The notes under the pieces: generated by a model
The model's input: only the letters and a program-made list of their open reading frames with translations
The model's database searches: none
What the model was told of the DNA's origin: nothing
Part shown: piece by piece, positions 12,704 to 25,658 of the stretch
How positions within the stretch are numbered: position 1 is the stretch's first letter
Layout of the letters: each line of letters opens with the position of its first letter
Translations under genes and position numbers: made by a program
NCBI GenBank assembly: GCA_050230475.1
Contig: JBFLGF010000003.1
Location: 1 to 64,000, forward strand
Source of the DNA: Ancylonema sp.
Lineage: Eukaryota
Direction: 5' to 3'
DNA: 64,000 nt

Positions 12704-15183
12704 ATGGGAAAGAAGGGCAAACGAAATGGCGAGAAAGCACAGGAAGGGGAGATGGTTGGCGCACAAAAGTACCTCAACGAAATAGAAACTGGGGACAGCT
12801 GGGATAATCGGCACGCTTTGTACCAGAGAGCTGTGCAGGTGAAATTATCCACTGGAGAAGTCCTGACTTCATCTGAGTCTGCTTAGTTTCAGGAACGTAT
12901 TTCTTGCTGTCGCTGTAGCCGCGTAGGTGAGCGCGAAATTAATAATCAATAACTTCATAGAATTTTGGAGCCAAACAGTATGCTAGGTCAGGAGCTCGTA
13001 TTCGGCACAAAAGGAGTCGCCTTGTGAGGAACGCCAGCTAGAGCTCCCCGTATTTTGATACGAGGATATTGATAAAAATACATATATTGATAAAATTAAC
13101 ATGATAGTTGGATAGCATGACATGGCTACATTACACCTCCTCCAAGTGGTGAGGTTTGTGTCAATCATATCCATGAATTAAAACAGCTGACATTCACTCC
13201 AGTTAACGACCTCACTCGTACGTATAAGATGCACTTGAAAATGTTGATAACATTTCACCCATATCCGGTTAAATAAACTGAAACGAACAGACTCAGCAGA
13301 AGTGTTGTCCAAACATACGTTCCAACGGAAAGTAAACCACACCACATACTTCTCCCACCTGCCGAACCTGCAAATCGTCATACTCCATTGCCAGCCTTGG
13401 GATGCAGTCCCCAAAGGGCGTCATCAGCTACCTCACCAAATTCTTCCTCCTTTACGTCGGAGGCCGTGTGCCTCTCCACCTGCGGGAGGACTTCTGCGGC
13501 ACAGCGCTTATCTGGTCGGCCCTCAATGTCAGCCCCACTCGGCCGCTGTAGTAAAGACGAGGAAGACAGATGTGCCTTCATCAGTGACTATGGGGTGTCT
13601 GAATGCGTAGAGTGGTTCAGGCAAGATGATGCCTTGAAAGCTGAGAGTAGCTGGCAACCCACCCTGACCTGCAATGGATCATTGGTTGGTTGGTCGGTTG
13701 GCAGCTCTGAATGGCTGAGGGCGGACTTCCGTCGCACAGCCACTGGTCTAGACGTGGATGATGATGCCTTGGCCTGGGGGATTCGCCACAACCTTTCCAA
13801 ACTGCCCCAGGGAGGCCTCGGCCGCATTTGTTTGCTGCTTGGGAATGTGCTCGACTCTGCAGCACACGCCCGCCTGTTTTCGCCCGCAAAGCAGCAGACC
13901 GAGACCGCGAGTTCGGGGGAAGAAGGGCTTTCGGCACAGGAGAACGCACATGAATCTCCATCCGCGACTGACGGGAATGGGATAGAGGAGAAGTCTTGGA
14001 TTGTTGAAGGAGTCTCGGAGGCAGGGACGGACACAAGGAAGCTAGGACTTCAGGGGCTCCGAGAATTACAGACGTTGCCCTCTGACATCATTTGCGCGTT
14101 CAATTTCAGCACCTGCTGTCTGCACACCCGCAGAGAGTTGATGGTGTATCTGCGCCATGTGAGAGGGAGTCTGAGTGGGCGTGGAGGGCTTTTTGCGATG
14201 GACCTTTACGGAGGCATGTCCTCCGAATGCCCCCTCAAGTTGAAGCGCAGATTCGGAGATTTCACGGTACGCACTTGCCACGCATTGAGTGAGAGGAAAT
14301 CCTAAGATAGCCTTCAAGATAGAGAGCTACCGCGGACGTCTGGAGGAAGTTGTGTCGCTCTTGCTAATCCACAAAGCTGCCTTCCTGTCGTACACCCAGG
14401 GTATCACTTTAGAGTGGGTGACCTGAAGCCAACTTTGTATTGGTGCCAGCAAAAAGTCGCACAAGTTTGTGATTGATAGGATGGGATTGATCACATGCCA
14501 TTCGGGAATGTTATGATAATGATTGGAGGTATTATAATCGTGCGTACACTGTGGTCATCCTGAACCTTCATTTTTTGGGTGGGTTGGGGGATGCAGTACA
14601 CATGGGAACAAGAGGAATTCGATGCGGTGACACGGATGACTCGCATCAGCTTGCATTTCCGTTTGGAGAGTAGTAAGAAGACGATTCGAAAAGCATTTTC
14701 GTATAAGTGGCGCCTGTAAGTGATTCTTGTTTATGACCATGCAGTTCCCACTTCGGAATGAGAAGTCTCCAAAGTTGGGGCTTGTTTAGCCTGAAGTGCG
14801 AATCACAGTTCTATAGTAGACTTCGTGATTTGCAACTCCTGTACGTGAACTTGTGAGTGCACTCTCTCTGCCACACATATGCTAAGTCCCAACTCTCTTA
14901 TCGAGTGTGTCAAGTGACACATGTACGTGTAGGGTGCTATGATGTCCACCTTCATGCTAAACACAATTGTGTGGATTGCAGGTGGACTATAGCCGAGGCT
15001 CGTGAGTGTCTAGAGGAAGCGGGGTTCAAAAAAGTGTTTGTGTGGATGAGGACTATGCCAGACTTGCAATCTCGCGAAAGTGAGGAGGACGAAATAGATA
15101 TGGATGAGAACTCCAAGTATGAGGAAACAAATCGTTTTTTGCAATGTGACGCGTGGAATGCGTATGTTGTAGGAGTGGCTTAA
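12704..15183 (+). CDS. Class I SAM-dependent methyltransferase family protein (conserved plant family)
   Basis: Exons at about 12704-12838, 13408-13514, 13705-14267, 14597-14715 and 14982-15183 give LYQRAVQSPKGVISYL...LREDFCGTAL...GLDVD...DIICAFNFS...MDLYGG...YTWEQEEFD...WTIAEARECLEEAGF...WNAYVVG. Confidence 0.85.
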
Positions 15184-15692
15184 GTTTCGGCCATTCGATC
15201 CACATGCCCCTCATATGTGGTATTGGTCCGTCCTTGGCTCGGTTATAATGAGATTGCCCAAATCTCATGATAAAGGAGCCCTTGGAAGCCCTTGCTCGTC
15301 GAACCGGGGGAGACTTTAATGGAAGTGATAAAGCATAGGAACGAGCTATTCGTTTCAACTTCAGAACTTTGATTTTGCGAAAGTCACACATACGACAAAG
15401 AGAGCTTATGCTTTGTGAAAACATCAAGTTGTTATGTACACGCGAACTGCGTAAATCTACCTAAGCATGATAGGACATTTACGTCTGGTAGCAAGTGATT
15501 CATGGAAGCATGTATCCAACAACAATTCGCACAATCTCGATCAACCAACACCAATGATGATTCGACACGACAGTGGGGCTTGTGAGATAGACTCATTGTT
15601 TGAAGCATGGGAAGTGATTGGGTCAAAAAAATAGTCGATGAAGCCACGTGCATACCACTTCGCGACTTTTTGATATCCCGATTTGGAAGATG

Positions 15693-17508
15693 CTATGAGT
15701 TGAGGTTGTACTTGTACTTGCACTTGGCGCATTCGTAGAAAACAGTTTGGCCCTCGTCCGCCGACCGGAGCTAGAGAACCAACCAATCCGAGTCAAGAAC
15801 GAGTGACACAATCTTGTGAAGATATGCTTCGTGTGCAACAATTGGTTTGCGATTCTTCGAGCCTTGGTGCCACACCATCGACTAAGCTATGGGAAGTACA
15901 AACGATCCTCGAAAACAGGACACACACACATCCAAACTTTCGTGCCGTCTACCCCATAACACGCGATTGGATAAAGGTATGACAAACGAGATATCCTTTG
16001 CAACTTCACACGTTTGGTGTACACGATATCCATACTTCGTGCTCTAGCCCACCCCTGCCTCACCTGCATTGTATAATACTCCATCTCATCATTGCCACAT
16101 TGAGGGCACGCCTCTTTCACCTAAAGCCCCAACCCACGACGCCATACCACATTGCTATTCATTGAGAGGGCATTGATTAGCTAGGTGAGCCTGCTAGCAA
16201 CGCACCCAGGAAAAATACGTTTTCCCTCCCAAAACGAGAAAAATGATGGATTCTTGAACCCTAGAAATGAGGTTCACTGCAAGCGAATGTGATCAGACAT
16301 CAGTCCCCATACCCCTCCTTGCTCTCACCTTTGCCCTCTCCTTTGTAACGGACTTCTCCCCTGCAATAGCTGCTGCATCCCGCTCTAAAGGCACAAGAGG
16401 CTCTATGCCGTAGCGGCGCATGAAATCCTGAACACACACGCCCTCCCGAGTCATATATAACGGACTCAGGTATGTCTCTCCCCGCCTTCTTAGTTGCCTT
16501 CGGTCTGTGAGGGTAATTAAGAAATGAGGAGGAAAGCGGTGTCGAAGCAAAGGAGGAGGAGGAGGTCGCACATAATTGGTGCACACATGTGGGCTATTGA
16601 GTTACTCGTTAACTTGTCACTCATATACTCATTACTTATTTTTAAGGAGCCCACGCGCGAGATGAGTGCGTTGATATATACTCAACTCGTACTCCCACTG
16701 CATTCAGGAGTACTCATCTCTAGAAGATATGATATATGTCTATTTGTGAATGTTTACATTGGTTATGTGGACGTTTAGGGTTCTGAAAATGGAAGTTGAA
16801 GCCAGGGACAGGGAAGAGGGGACAATGCTCACCGCAGGGCCGCTATACGTCGTCCACTCCAAGTTCGCAATAGCTGCAAAATATGAGAGGAGAGAGCCAT
16901 CAGGCTGACGCAAATACTGCTGACCGAATATCCTGACCGGCAAATTCTCAATGTCAATGCAGAGGGGGGGGGATGAGTGAATTGCATTCTGAGAGACACA
17001 TGTGAATATGTAAATGCAGGACTGATACTGATTATGGATACAAGAGAGGGGGGATCAGCGGGGCAGAAAGGAGACAGGGAGAGCGCAGACCACATTGAGC
17101 CGGTTTGAATAGATCAATTCAAGCATATGATGGCATTGCCAACTTTCTTCAAATATACACCTCTACTTGCGTTCTCGCCGAGCTTGTCGCAGCTTATATG
17201 TAGTGGGCACTAACGGAGGTGTTTAGAGGCTAAGCGTACCAGTACTCGATGATGCCTTTATTGAAACGATCAGAAATCGTTTCTGTGTGCAAGAACATAA
17301 ACTGTGGCTGAGTCATTCCCGGCTCAGATGTATCCAAATTTAGAAATTTGTGAGACACATGCATGACCTGTAAACAATGACATGTCGTACCTCTTAGGTT
17401 CTGCTCGTTTTTGCACAAAGGACACGTAGCAAGGTAGCCATGAGAGGGTAAGTGCAGAAGAGTGCCACATAATGAGCAGAATCGGTAGGACAGAGCTTTT
17501 GTTGTCAT
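15693..17508 (-). CDS. RPA12: RNA polymerase I subunit RPA12
   Basis: N-terminal zinc ribbon FCSLCGTLL...CPLC and TFIIS-like C-terminal ribbon CPQCGNDEMEYYTMQ/LRSADEGQTVFYECAKC, joined across 5 in-phase GT-AG exons. Confidence 0.92.
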
Positions 17509-19926
17509 AGACTGCTACTGTAATGATGTGGTATGGGCAGTCGTGGAAGCAGCCGAAAGCCTGACATGCATGCAATGCGACGTCGAATGTCCCAGGACGG
17601 GATTGATCGCCAGGTATCGTCGAAATTGCACCAAGAAAGCTTGACGGGACTACCCCACGGGTCTACACCACACCAGTTGAAACCAATTATACCAATTATG
17701 CCCTGTATTTACGGTTTGTATATCAAGACTGCGTAAAGCCCGAGGGTCCAGAAAAGTCGTCCGCTGCAGCGACTGCGCGTCAAGAATCTACTACAGGACA
17801 AAAAAAAATCTGAACGATACCGGCACCGAATGCACTAATCTTGAAGGCCGTATCTAGCAACTAGATTCGTTGGTGTCAAGCTAGATACGGGGCAGTGCTG
17901 CAAGAAGAACTGGCGAACTGCATCGGACGGTTACGGATGGTCACGGGCTTAAAACGGATGGAGACGGATGGCAACTATTCAGAACGCCTGGAATTCTCGG
18001 CTGGAAACGGCGTGCTATGCCTCGGATGAGATGAGGTGCTGTAGTGATATGCCTCGGATGAGCGAGGCTCGGGGCCAATCGCAGCCAAAAAAAGCTGTGG
18101 CTGTGACCCGAGGATGCGACAACAAGTTGGATACGTTTCCAGATAAAGCCAGATATAACCGCCCGTATTCAGATTTACCATCCGCCCATGCTAACAAGGA
18201 ACACATGTTACACACTTCTAACGCCTTGACCTGAATCTATAATCAAAGATTATAGATTCGCCTGGCAGAGTTAAAATGATCGCAGAGAATCATGAAATGT
18301 ACAAGCACGCGTCGACCGGAGCAAATTGTATTGCCTACCAACTTCCGTGCACTGTTCCTCATTCGTCCGATGACGTCAAACCCGAATCCAGCGGTCAGTT
18401 ATGTTCCAACTCGTTCAACCATTTGTCCTCTTGCTCCCCACAGCTTCTTTCTTACCGAATTCGAAGCTTGCTTCGAGAGGCAGCTTTTTAACAGGTGCCG
18501 CCACAATGCCAATTTCCGACTCATAACATTTACCGTCGTCAATTGTCAGACTCGAGAAACGTTGATCACTCTGAGTCACTCTAGCAAATCTCATCGCCCA
18601 TAGTCGATACCATACGAATCGATGTGAATTGGTCGTGCCGGACAGAAAAGGGTGAATTCTGCACGAAAAATAAATTTTGGGTCTTCTTTCAATTTAAAAA
18701 TTACGCAGGGGTGCGGTAGATCTGAAGACTGGACAGTCGATGTGATTCAGAGCTGGCTTGAGTATGGCGGGACCTGTTGGTTTTCACTTTGAAGGGAGTC
18801 CTGAACTCCCAAATCTGGACGACCCAACATATTACATGGCTGTTTGTTATGTACCAGAAAGACACGCCGTTGTGATGTTGTCGAGAGTTCCAGTAAGCAG
18901 TTTGGCTCTAACTTGAACATACCACGTACAGCTGTGCTTTCCTATCGATGTTCAAGACGAACAACCGAATGGTACTGCTTTGATGTCGTGGTCATTTATT
19001 ACGTTGTTTATCATCTCTGCGTCTGTGGTAATTTTTGAGACCCACGAGGCGTATGCAGCAGCCAATTCCTTGTAGTGGAGACAAATTTGTGCAGCTCAAA
19101 TCATTCGTAGCCTATTTATACGCAATGGATTCGCCATAACGCAATCGAAAATGCTGGCAGGGTCGTCCCTCTGTCCTGGAGAAGATTCGATGGCTGGATA
19201 TACAATTATCGCATATGCAGTGCCCGTATCCTATCAAGCACATCGAATTCACATTCACTGGCGATGCTGGTGAGTTTTTTGTTCCAAGTGGCAGGTAGTA
19301 GCACTGTAAAGATCCATCATGCAGATGGCGCCGAATGGGTATTCGTAAAATTAAATGGCGAGTAGCCGGTGGGAGGCATTTGTTTAGCTTAAGCTCCAGC
19401 TTTAGCGTTCATTGTTGCCGTAGTCGGAAAAGCGTGGTATCGCTGTGAGTAGCATGTGTGCTGAGGCACAGGATACATGCTGATGATGTCAGGCATCGGC
19501 ACAGTTATCTTTGTATGCAGTTTGTAGTCTGTCTCTCATATATCAGTCACAAGCATGTGCTTCAGTGAACACGTTTCACAGTCTCTTCTGCCTTCTGTAC
19601 AGATGCCTTCTGTACACGTGAATCATAAAATAATTTTAAAGGGGGGAGTGAGCTTTTACAATTTTGGTGACCTCAGGAGGGCCATTTGGCTGATGGTCAC
19701 TGTCCAAATGTGTTGTAGGAGTATGCTTCTGGTCGGCATCGAGAACTATATCTAATATTGTATGGGTGACCTTACATCACTCACCACCCACATAGGACTG
19801 CCAACAGCATCACATGGCTCTCACTTTTCGTGGGGAAAAAGAAGGTGAATGTTTGCGTATGTCCGCGTCATCAGCCATGGTGGAAAGAGTCCATGATGAT
19901 CCCCTCCTCCGTTTGCTCTGTCGCAG

Positions 19927-21126
19927 TCGTAGATTTCGTGTCTGAGAGTGCTTGCATGAAGGCACTGGCGAGGTGTCCTCTCAAATGGGACGGCCATGAC
20001 ATCCCAATCCGGCAGTGTCTCGAAGACGATGTTTTTTCCCTCAACTGGGTGGGAGTCAGTGGAACTCCCCAGGAGCTCTACCCCTTTGTCAGACCTGTGA
20101 GTCACTCTCTTTTCCTCCTAGTCCCCACTTTCCATCCTCATCCCTCATGTATGCGTATCATTTGAAGCATACAGAATAGAGTATAGTGTATCTAGTGTAC
20201 CACTTTCCTGTAGTTTTTGATACTGTATGGTAAAAGAGGAGAGACGGGGAGGGATGGGGGCCTCTGCAGTTTGTGGTCTTTTCGCATCATTCATCAGTAG
20301 AGCAAGCTGTTTTGTTCGTGTATCTCACATGTTTCGTCAAGTATGAAACACACGATGCTTTGTGTGGCAGGGGTATTGGTGGTAGGAAAAAGTTGTTTCA
20401 CAGAGAGCAGATGATGAAAGGGAAATTTGAGTATACCTCTCTGTGTGGAGGGACCTTTTTCATCCGAAGTCGTTATGATTGATGTGGATGGAGTATGTTG
20501 GTGCGCAGGCCTTGCAGCAGTTTGGGGATGTGAAAGGAGAGTATGCTCCCCATCCGAGCTCAGGGATGGTGGGGGGCATGTTGAAGTTTTACTTTCTCCC
20601 TAGCAATCGGAAAAGATTGCCCCCTACCATTCAGTTTATAAGACCTGACAGGTGAGGAGAGTGAGAATGAGATCCACTCCATTCTCTGATCACGTGGACT
20701 GAACACGTGGCAAAATTGGAACAGAACTGGCCGCACCCTTTGGGCTCTGCAAGTACGCACACACACACGTATGGGGATACTTGTATCTGCACGTACTATG
20801 CCAGAGCGTGTCTGCAGGGGTGTATATGCATGTATGCGAGTAAGCCTGTGTGTCTAGACTACCGGGAAGTGTTAGTATGAGTGCAATTATCTGCATGTGA
20901 TGTGACGTTGCCCATGATCCTCTTTCATTCAAGTGGCTGGAAAGTGATTGTTTTCTCGAGTGATGCTCTTTGGCTCAGGCCGAAGACTTATCCCCCGACT
21001 ACGGTGAAGGTATTCACGGCAGAGGGTCCATTTGCTCCGAAATGCTCGGATTTCGGGAAGGATCACAATGCCCTTGGCTGCCCAGAATGCTACCGGAGGA
21101 GGCTGCAGCAACAAGCTGGAGCTTGA
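19927..21126 (+). CDS. Putative spliced gene resembling LINE ORF1 (RRM/DUF4283-like region plus degenerate zinc knuckle); 5' end unresolved
   Basis: Three open exons (19927-20096, 20509-20651, 20979-21126) join in phase through GT-AG. Peptide VDFVSESACMKALARCPLKWDGHDIPI...ALQQFGDV...PKCSDFGKDHNALGCP. Confidence 0.45.
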
Positions 21127-22391
21127 TGGAAAGGAAGGAGGAATGCGGGTCAGTAGGTTAATTTTTTGTGAATATGAGGGACATCGATTTGGCATCTGAT
21201 ACATATTTCTTCGAAATTGTGCCACATTTGGTGTTTAGGGTTTTGAACGGAAAAACTTGTCCTAAGCACGCAAGACATACGTAGTTTGTGGTATGTGAGG
21301 TTGAAAGGCTTGTAGGGGGGGTCCTACCCTAGTGTGTAAAATACACAGTAGCACAGGTGTCACTTTGCGAGTTCAGGCAGGGTAGACATTGTTTGTTTCA
21401 TACATGTTACGTCAATAAGTGTGTGTTGTTAGCCCCTCCGAATAAATTAGAGGCTAACCAGGCCACAATGTTGGATGTGGGTATTTCCCGAGTAGCTAGA
21501 ACTTTGAGGGCAAAGACTAGAACGAGAGTTGGTTTGACATCCATTCGGGGACTGCCCTAGAACATGTGGATAGTCTAGGTAGCTTACCGGCTGGTTTGCT
21601 TGTTTGTGAGTGTAAATCATCGAGCTAGTCATGGTGCTTGTCGAGATAGTAGAGACGGTGTGTGCTTTAAATATTCTGGGCATGAACTGTAGACAGTTCT
21701 AGCTCGTTTTTCCCTAGTGGTCAATCCGGATTTTTGTACCAACAACTTTTTTGTAAGCATTTTGTAAGCTCCGGACATTATGTTTCGAGGACAATGGCAA
21801 CCAGCAATGCACATGCACACAGATCCTTTTTCTTGGTTACTTAGCTGTTAAATATATTTTTTTTGCGTTTCTACTCATACCCTGAAGTAGTGACTCCTTT
21901 GATGCAAATGAAGTTCTCAGTGCTGAATGCAAGAATAGTCTTTCGTCATCAGAAAATGGGGAATTGGAGCCAATATCATGAGTTGTTTATCTTGCTAATG
22001 TACCAATATTTAAGCAACACCACTGCCAGAAAAAATCGTGTAAGGTTCATCTACATCTTCGAAAAACTTGTTCGCACCTCTCATCTGTACTTTAAAATTC
22101 CTTAGCTGCACTGTAGAAGCACTTCATCTATACACTTGTTTATCGTGGTTACAAGGGGTGGAAAGAGGGTTGCGAGTAAGACCACATCTCATTCTTGCTT
22201 GCACCAGTGCTGGACATAACCCCACTAGAGACACGAGCACAATTATTACATTTCCTAACCCTTCAAAGCAGTACCACACTCTGATCCAGTCCACCTTCAT
22301 GCTACGAGGTGAACAGTATCATTGCAGTCAAGCAGCAGCGTCGCTCAACTGGCTGATTTGCGAGCCACGAGTACCTTTGTACAGACATGGC

Positions 22392-22815
22392 CTATGAGCC
22401 ATCGCCACCAAACATATGTTTTACCCTTGACAAGATAGAATCCTGGCTTGGGTCGTAAGGATGCTCCTTACTTGGGATCTCAAGAATAGCAGGAAGAGTC
22501 TTGTTATAGCTGTCGATGGTAACCCGAATCATGTTGGCAATCTGTACCACAGAACATCCTTTCATAAGTCAATGACCCCGACAAGTATATTGCAAGCGAT
22601 TTCCTCCAATGATACAAGATGTAAGCACCCTTCATCTCAGTAGCACCATGTTGTGACCACGTGGTCAGCGCCTTTCTTCATTTCCTTCATTTAATTCGTG
22701 GTTTTGCTTGAAGGGCAGGGAACCTGTACGTACATATTGCTGATCAAAACCACCGCAATCTCTTCTCGAGCCGTGAACTCCTTGAATGTTTCTTCTATCA
22801 ATCGGGTGGGGGTCT
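22392..22815 (-). pseudogene. VHA-F: V-ATPase subunit F, 3' fragment, copy 1 (frameshifted)
   Basis: ETPTRLIEETFKEFTAREEIAVVLI plus IANMIRVTIDSYNKTLPAILEIPSKEHPYDPSQDSILSRVK. There is a 1-bp deletion in the SQY codons relative to copy 2, and no N-terminal exons were found. Confidence 0.85.
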
Positions 22816-23018
22816 CTGCAGGAGAGACATCGAAACCGCGAATAAGTGTGATATGATTCACTATCCACAACCCCAACATAGCAATCATATGCAGAAAGGT
22901 GATCCAGTCCAAGGGAATGCTCAGAGGTGAAACAGTATCATTGCAGTCACGACAGGCAGCGTCGCTTTCAACTGGCTGATTTGCGAGCCACGAGCAAAAA
23001 CCTTTGTGCAGACATGGC

Positions 23019-23399
23019 CTATGAGCCATCGCCACTTAACATATGTTTTACCCTTGACAAGATAGAATCCTGGCTTGGGTCGTAAGGATGCTCCTTACTT
23101 GGGATCTCAAGAATAGCAGGAAGAGTCTTGTTATAGCTGTCGATGGTAACCCGAATCATGTTGGCAATCTGTACCACAGAACATCCTTTCATGAGTCGAT
23201 GACCAGACAAGTAGATTGCAAGCGATTTCCTAGCTCAATGATCACAAGATGTAAGCACCCTTCATCTCAGTGTGCACCATAGTTGTGACCACGTGGTCAG
23301 AGCCTTTCTTCATTTCCTTCATTTATATTCGGGTTTTGCTTCGAAGGGCAGGGAACCTGTACGTACATATTGGCTGATCAAAACCACCGCAATCTCTTC
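23019..23399 (-). pseudogene. VHA-F: V-ATPase subunit F, 3' fragment, copy 2 (cut by the MITE cluster)
   Basis: EEIAVVLISQY plus a last exon nearly identical to copy 1. Homology stops at the TAA preceding the MITE TIR at 23403. Confidence 0.85.
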
Positions 23400-23402
23400 T
23401 AA

Positions 23403-24394
23403 GAGCATCCCTTGGGACGCACCACTTTTTCTCTCCACTTCTGCTCGAAACCCGCGGTTATCGCAGGTTATCGAACCGAAGTGGAGAGGCTACCCCTTCG
23501 AGACCCCGCGTATTTCACAGTGGAGCGCCGACAATAATGTTGGACCTTGGGACATCTCCACTTCGATTCGTCATTACTCTCGGTCGGACACGCCCGTCCG
23601 TCCGATCACAAGAAAGGGACGGCTGGGGTCAGACGCGAAACATTTCACATTTGCGCAGACGAAAAATAATCATTTCCCACGCGAGAGGAACGCACCGTGA
23701 GGGTACTAGGGGTTTCGATGAGTCATTTCACTTCGAGGACCCGAAGTGGACAGCTACCACTTTGAAAACTTAAGTTTTCGTTACATACGGAAAAAGGTCC
23801 TAAGAGTAATTAGGGCTCTCCGCTTTTTCGCTCCACTTCGGGTCGAAACCCGCGGGTATCAATGGTTAACGTGCCGAAGTGGAGAGGCTACCACTCCGTG
23901 TATTTTAATATTTCTAAGTGGAGCGTTTTCAAAAAAGTCGCACATTAGGACCTCTCCACTTCGATTCGTTATTCGTTCAAACCTCCCGGTCGGACACGCC
24001 CGGTCCGTCCGATCACAAGACGGGAACGGCTGTTCACGGCTGTTCATTTCCCGTCTGACGCGAAACATTTCATTTGCGCGGACGAAAAATAATCATTTCC
24101 CACGCGAGAGGAACGCACCGCGAGGGTACTACGTGGGTCTCGATGAGTCATTTTCAAAGTGGTAGCGCTCCACTTCGAGGCCTCGAAGTGGAGCGCTACC
24201 ACTTTGAAAACTTAAGTTTTCGTTATATACGGAAAGTGGAGCGGTGCCTTTTTCAAGTTGAATCGAAAAAACCCGAAGTGGAGCGCAAAGTGGAGAGCCC
24301 TAAAATGTATGCTCTGCAATGCTCTAAGAGCGCTGACACATTTTTAGAATCTTTTCGAAGTGGAGAGCGAAGTGGTAGGTCCCAAGGGATGCTC
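23403..24394. mobile_element. PIF/Harbinger-type MITE with a nested MITE at 23813-24300
   Basis: TIRs GAGCATCCCTTGGGAC / GTCCCAAGGGATGCTC with TAA on both sides. The nested element has TIRs GGGCTCTCC...CACTTCGGG / CCCGAAGTG...GGAGAGCCC flanked by TTA/TAA. Confidence 0.85.
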
Positions 24395-24397
24395 TAA

Positions 24398-24747
24398 GAC
24401 CGCACCACTTCGATTCGGCATTCGTTCGTACCTCTCGGCCGGATACGCCCGTCCGTCCGATCACAAGACGGGACGGCTATTCATTTTCCATCTGGCGCGA
24501 AACATTTCACATTTGAGCGGACGAAAAATAATCATTTCCCACGCGAGAAGAACGCTCCGCGAGGGTACTACGTAGGTCTCGAAGAGTCGTTTCAAAGTGG
24601 TGGCTCTCCACTTCGACCCCTCGAAGTGGAGAGCCACCACTTTGAAAACTTAAGTTTTCGTTATAGACAGAAAGTGGAGCGGTTGTAAGGTACGTATTTT
24701 GGCGAAATCGCGGGAAAACCCGAAGTGGAGCGCAAAGTGGAGAGCCC
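24398..24747. mobile_element. Partial copy of the GGGCTCTCC-TIR Harbinger MITE
   Basis: Same internal sequence and right TIR (GGAGAGCCC followed by TAA) as 23813-24300. Confidence 0.75.
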
Positions 24748-24750
24748 TAA

Positions 24751-25218
24751 GAGCATGAGGGTATCGGCGAGCGCTTCGAGTATCACTTGAATTGCACCTG
24801 ATTTTGAGTATTACTTCCAAGTTTTACGGGGTATCACATCGTGGCGTTTTAGAGTTTGCGAAGTGATACGCTCTGAGCGCCGTATCACAACTCTGTTTTG
24901 GGTATCACAAAGTGATACTCGTTTCACAATTGTGACACTCGTTGCTGTCGGCGTGGAGCCTTCTGCTTCATTTTTGTCCCGTGTAGACGTCGCTGAATTT
25001 TCGAAGGGAGTGTGACGTGACGTGTCTTTTTCGCGCGCAGACGATCCTTCGGAGTGATACTCCTGAAAAAACTTACTCTGATACGGATACGATTGGGTAT
25101 CACCTTTTACTATATACGCCTTATCGAAGTGATACTCTGCACAACTCGAACTCGAGGTTAACCTGTGGGTATCGCGTCAAAGTGATACTCGAGAAGTGCT
25201 CGCCGATAAACCATGCTA
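24751..25218. mobile_element. PIF/Harbinger-type MITE, second family
   Basis: Long imperfect TIRs GAGCATGAGGGTATCGGCGAGC...GTATCACTT / AAGTGATAC...GCTCGCCGATAAACCATGCTA, with TAA on both sides. Confidence 0.8.
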
Positions 25219-25658
25219 TAAGAGATGCTCTTAGTTGCATTGTTCCAATTTTGACGTGAAAAGTGTTTTATGATTATTCGCCACGAAGATTATTATTATT
25301 ATTACTATTATTATTATTACTACACTATTCTATTATATTATAGTATTTTATGATGAAAATTTCATCACGTACAACGATCATGACTTCAGCAACCTTTTAT
25401 TCGTGTGAGAATGACATCACCTTGGCATGCCGCCTTTCCCGCACGACTGGCTGCCGTGCACGGTGAACCCGTGGTACCAGGGTATGCGTAGCAAATTATA
25501 ATCCTCTTCCACTCCACATCTGGCAAATTTCGTCATCACAGTTGGAGTGATACTGGATTGATTGTGAAGTTCTCTGTGGCTTGCCGCCGAGCAAATCGTT
25601 TTACAGGCGTCATATTTAAGAATCGCAGAGACTGACCTTACACGCGTAGTTTTCCGCG

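Noticed and set aside
13388..13700. N-terminus of the 305-aa ORF
   Set aside because: The real exon 2 is in another frame and the remainder is intron.
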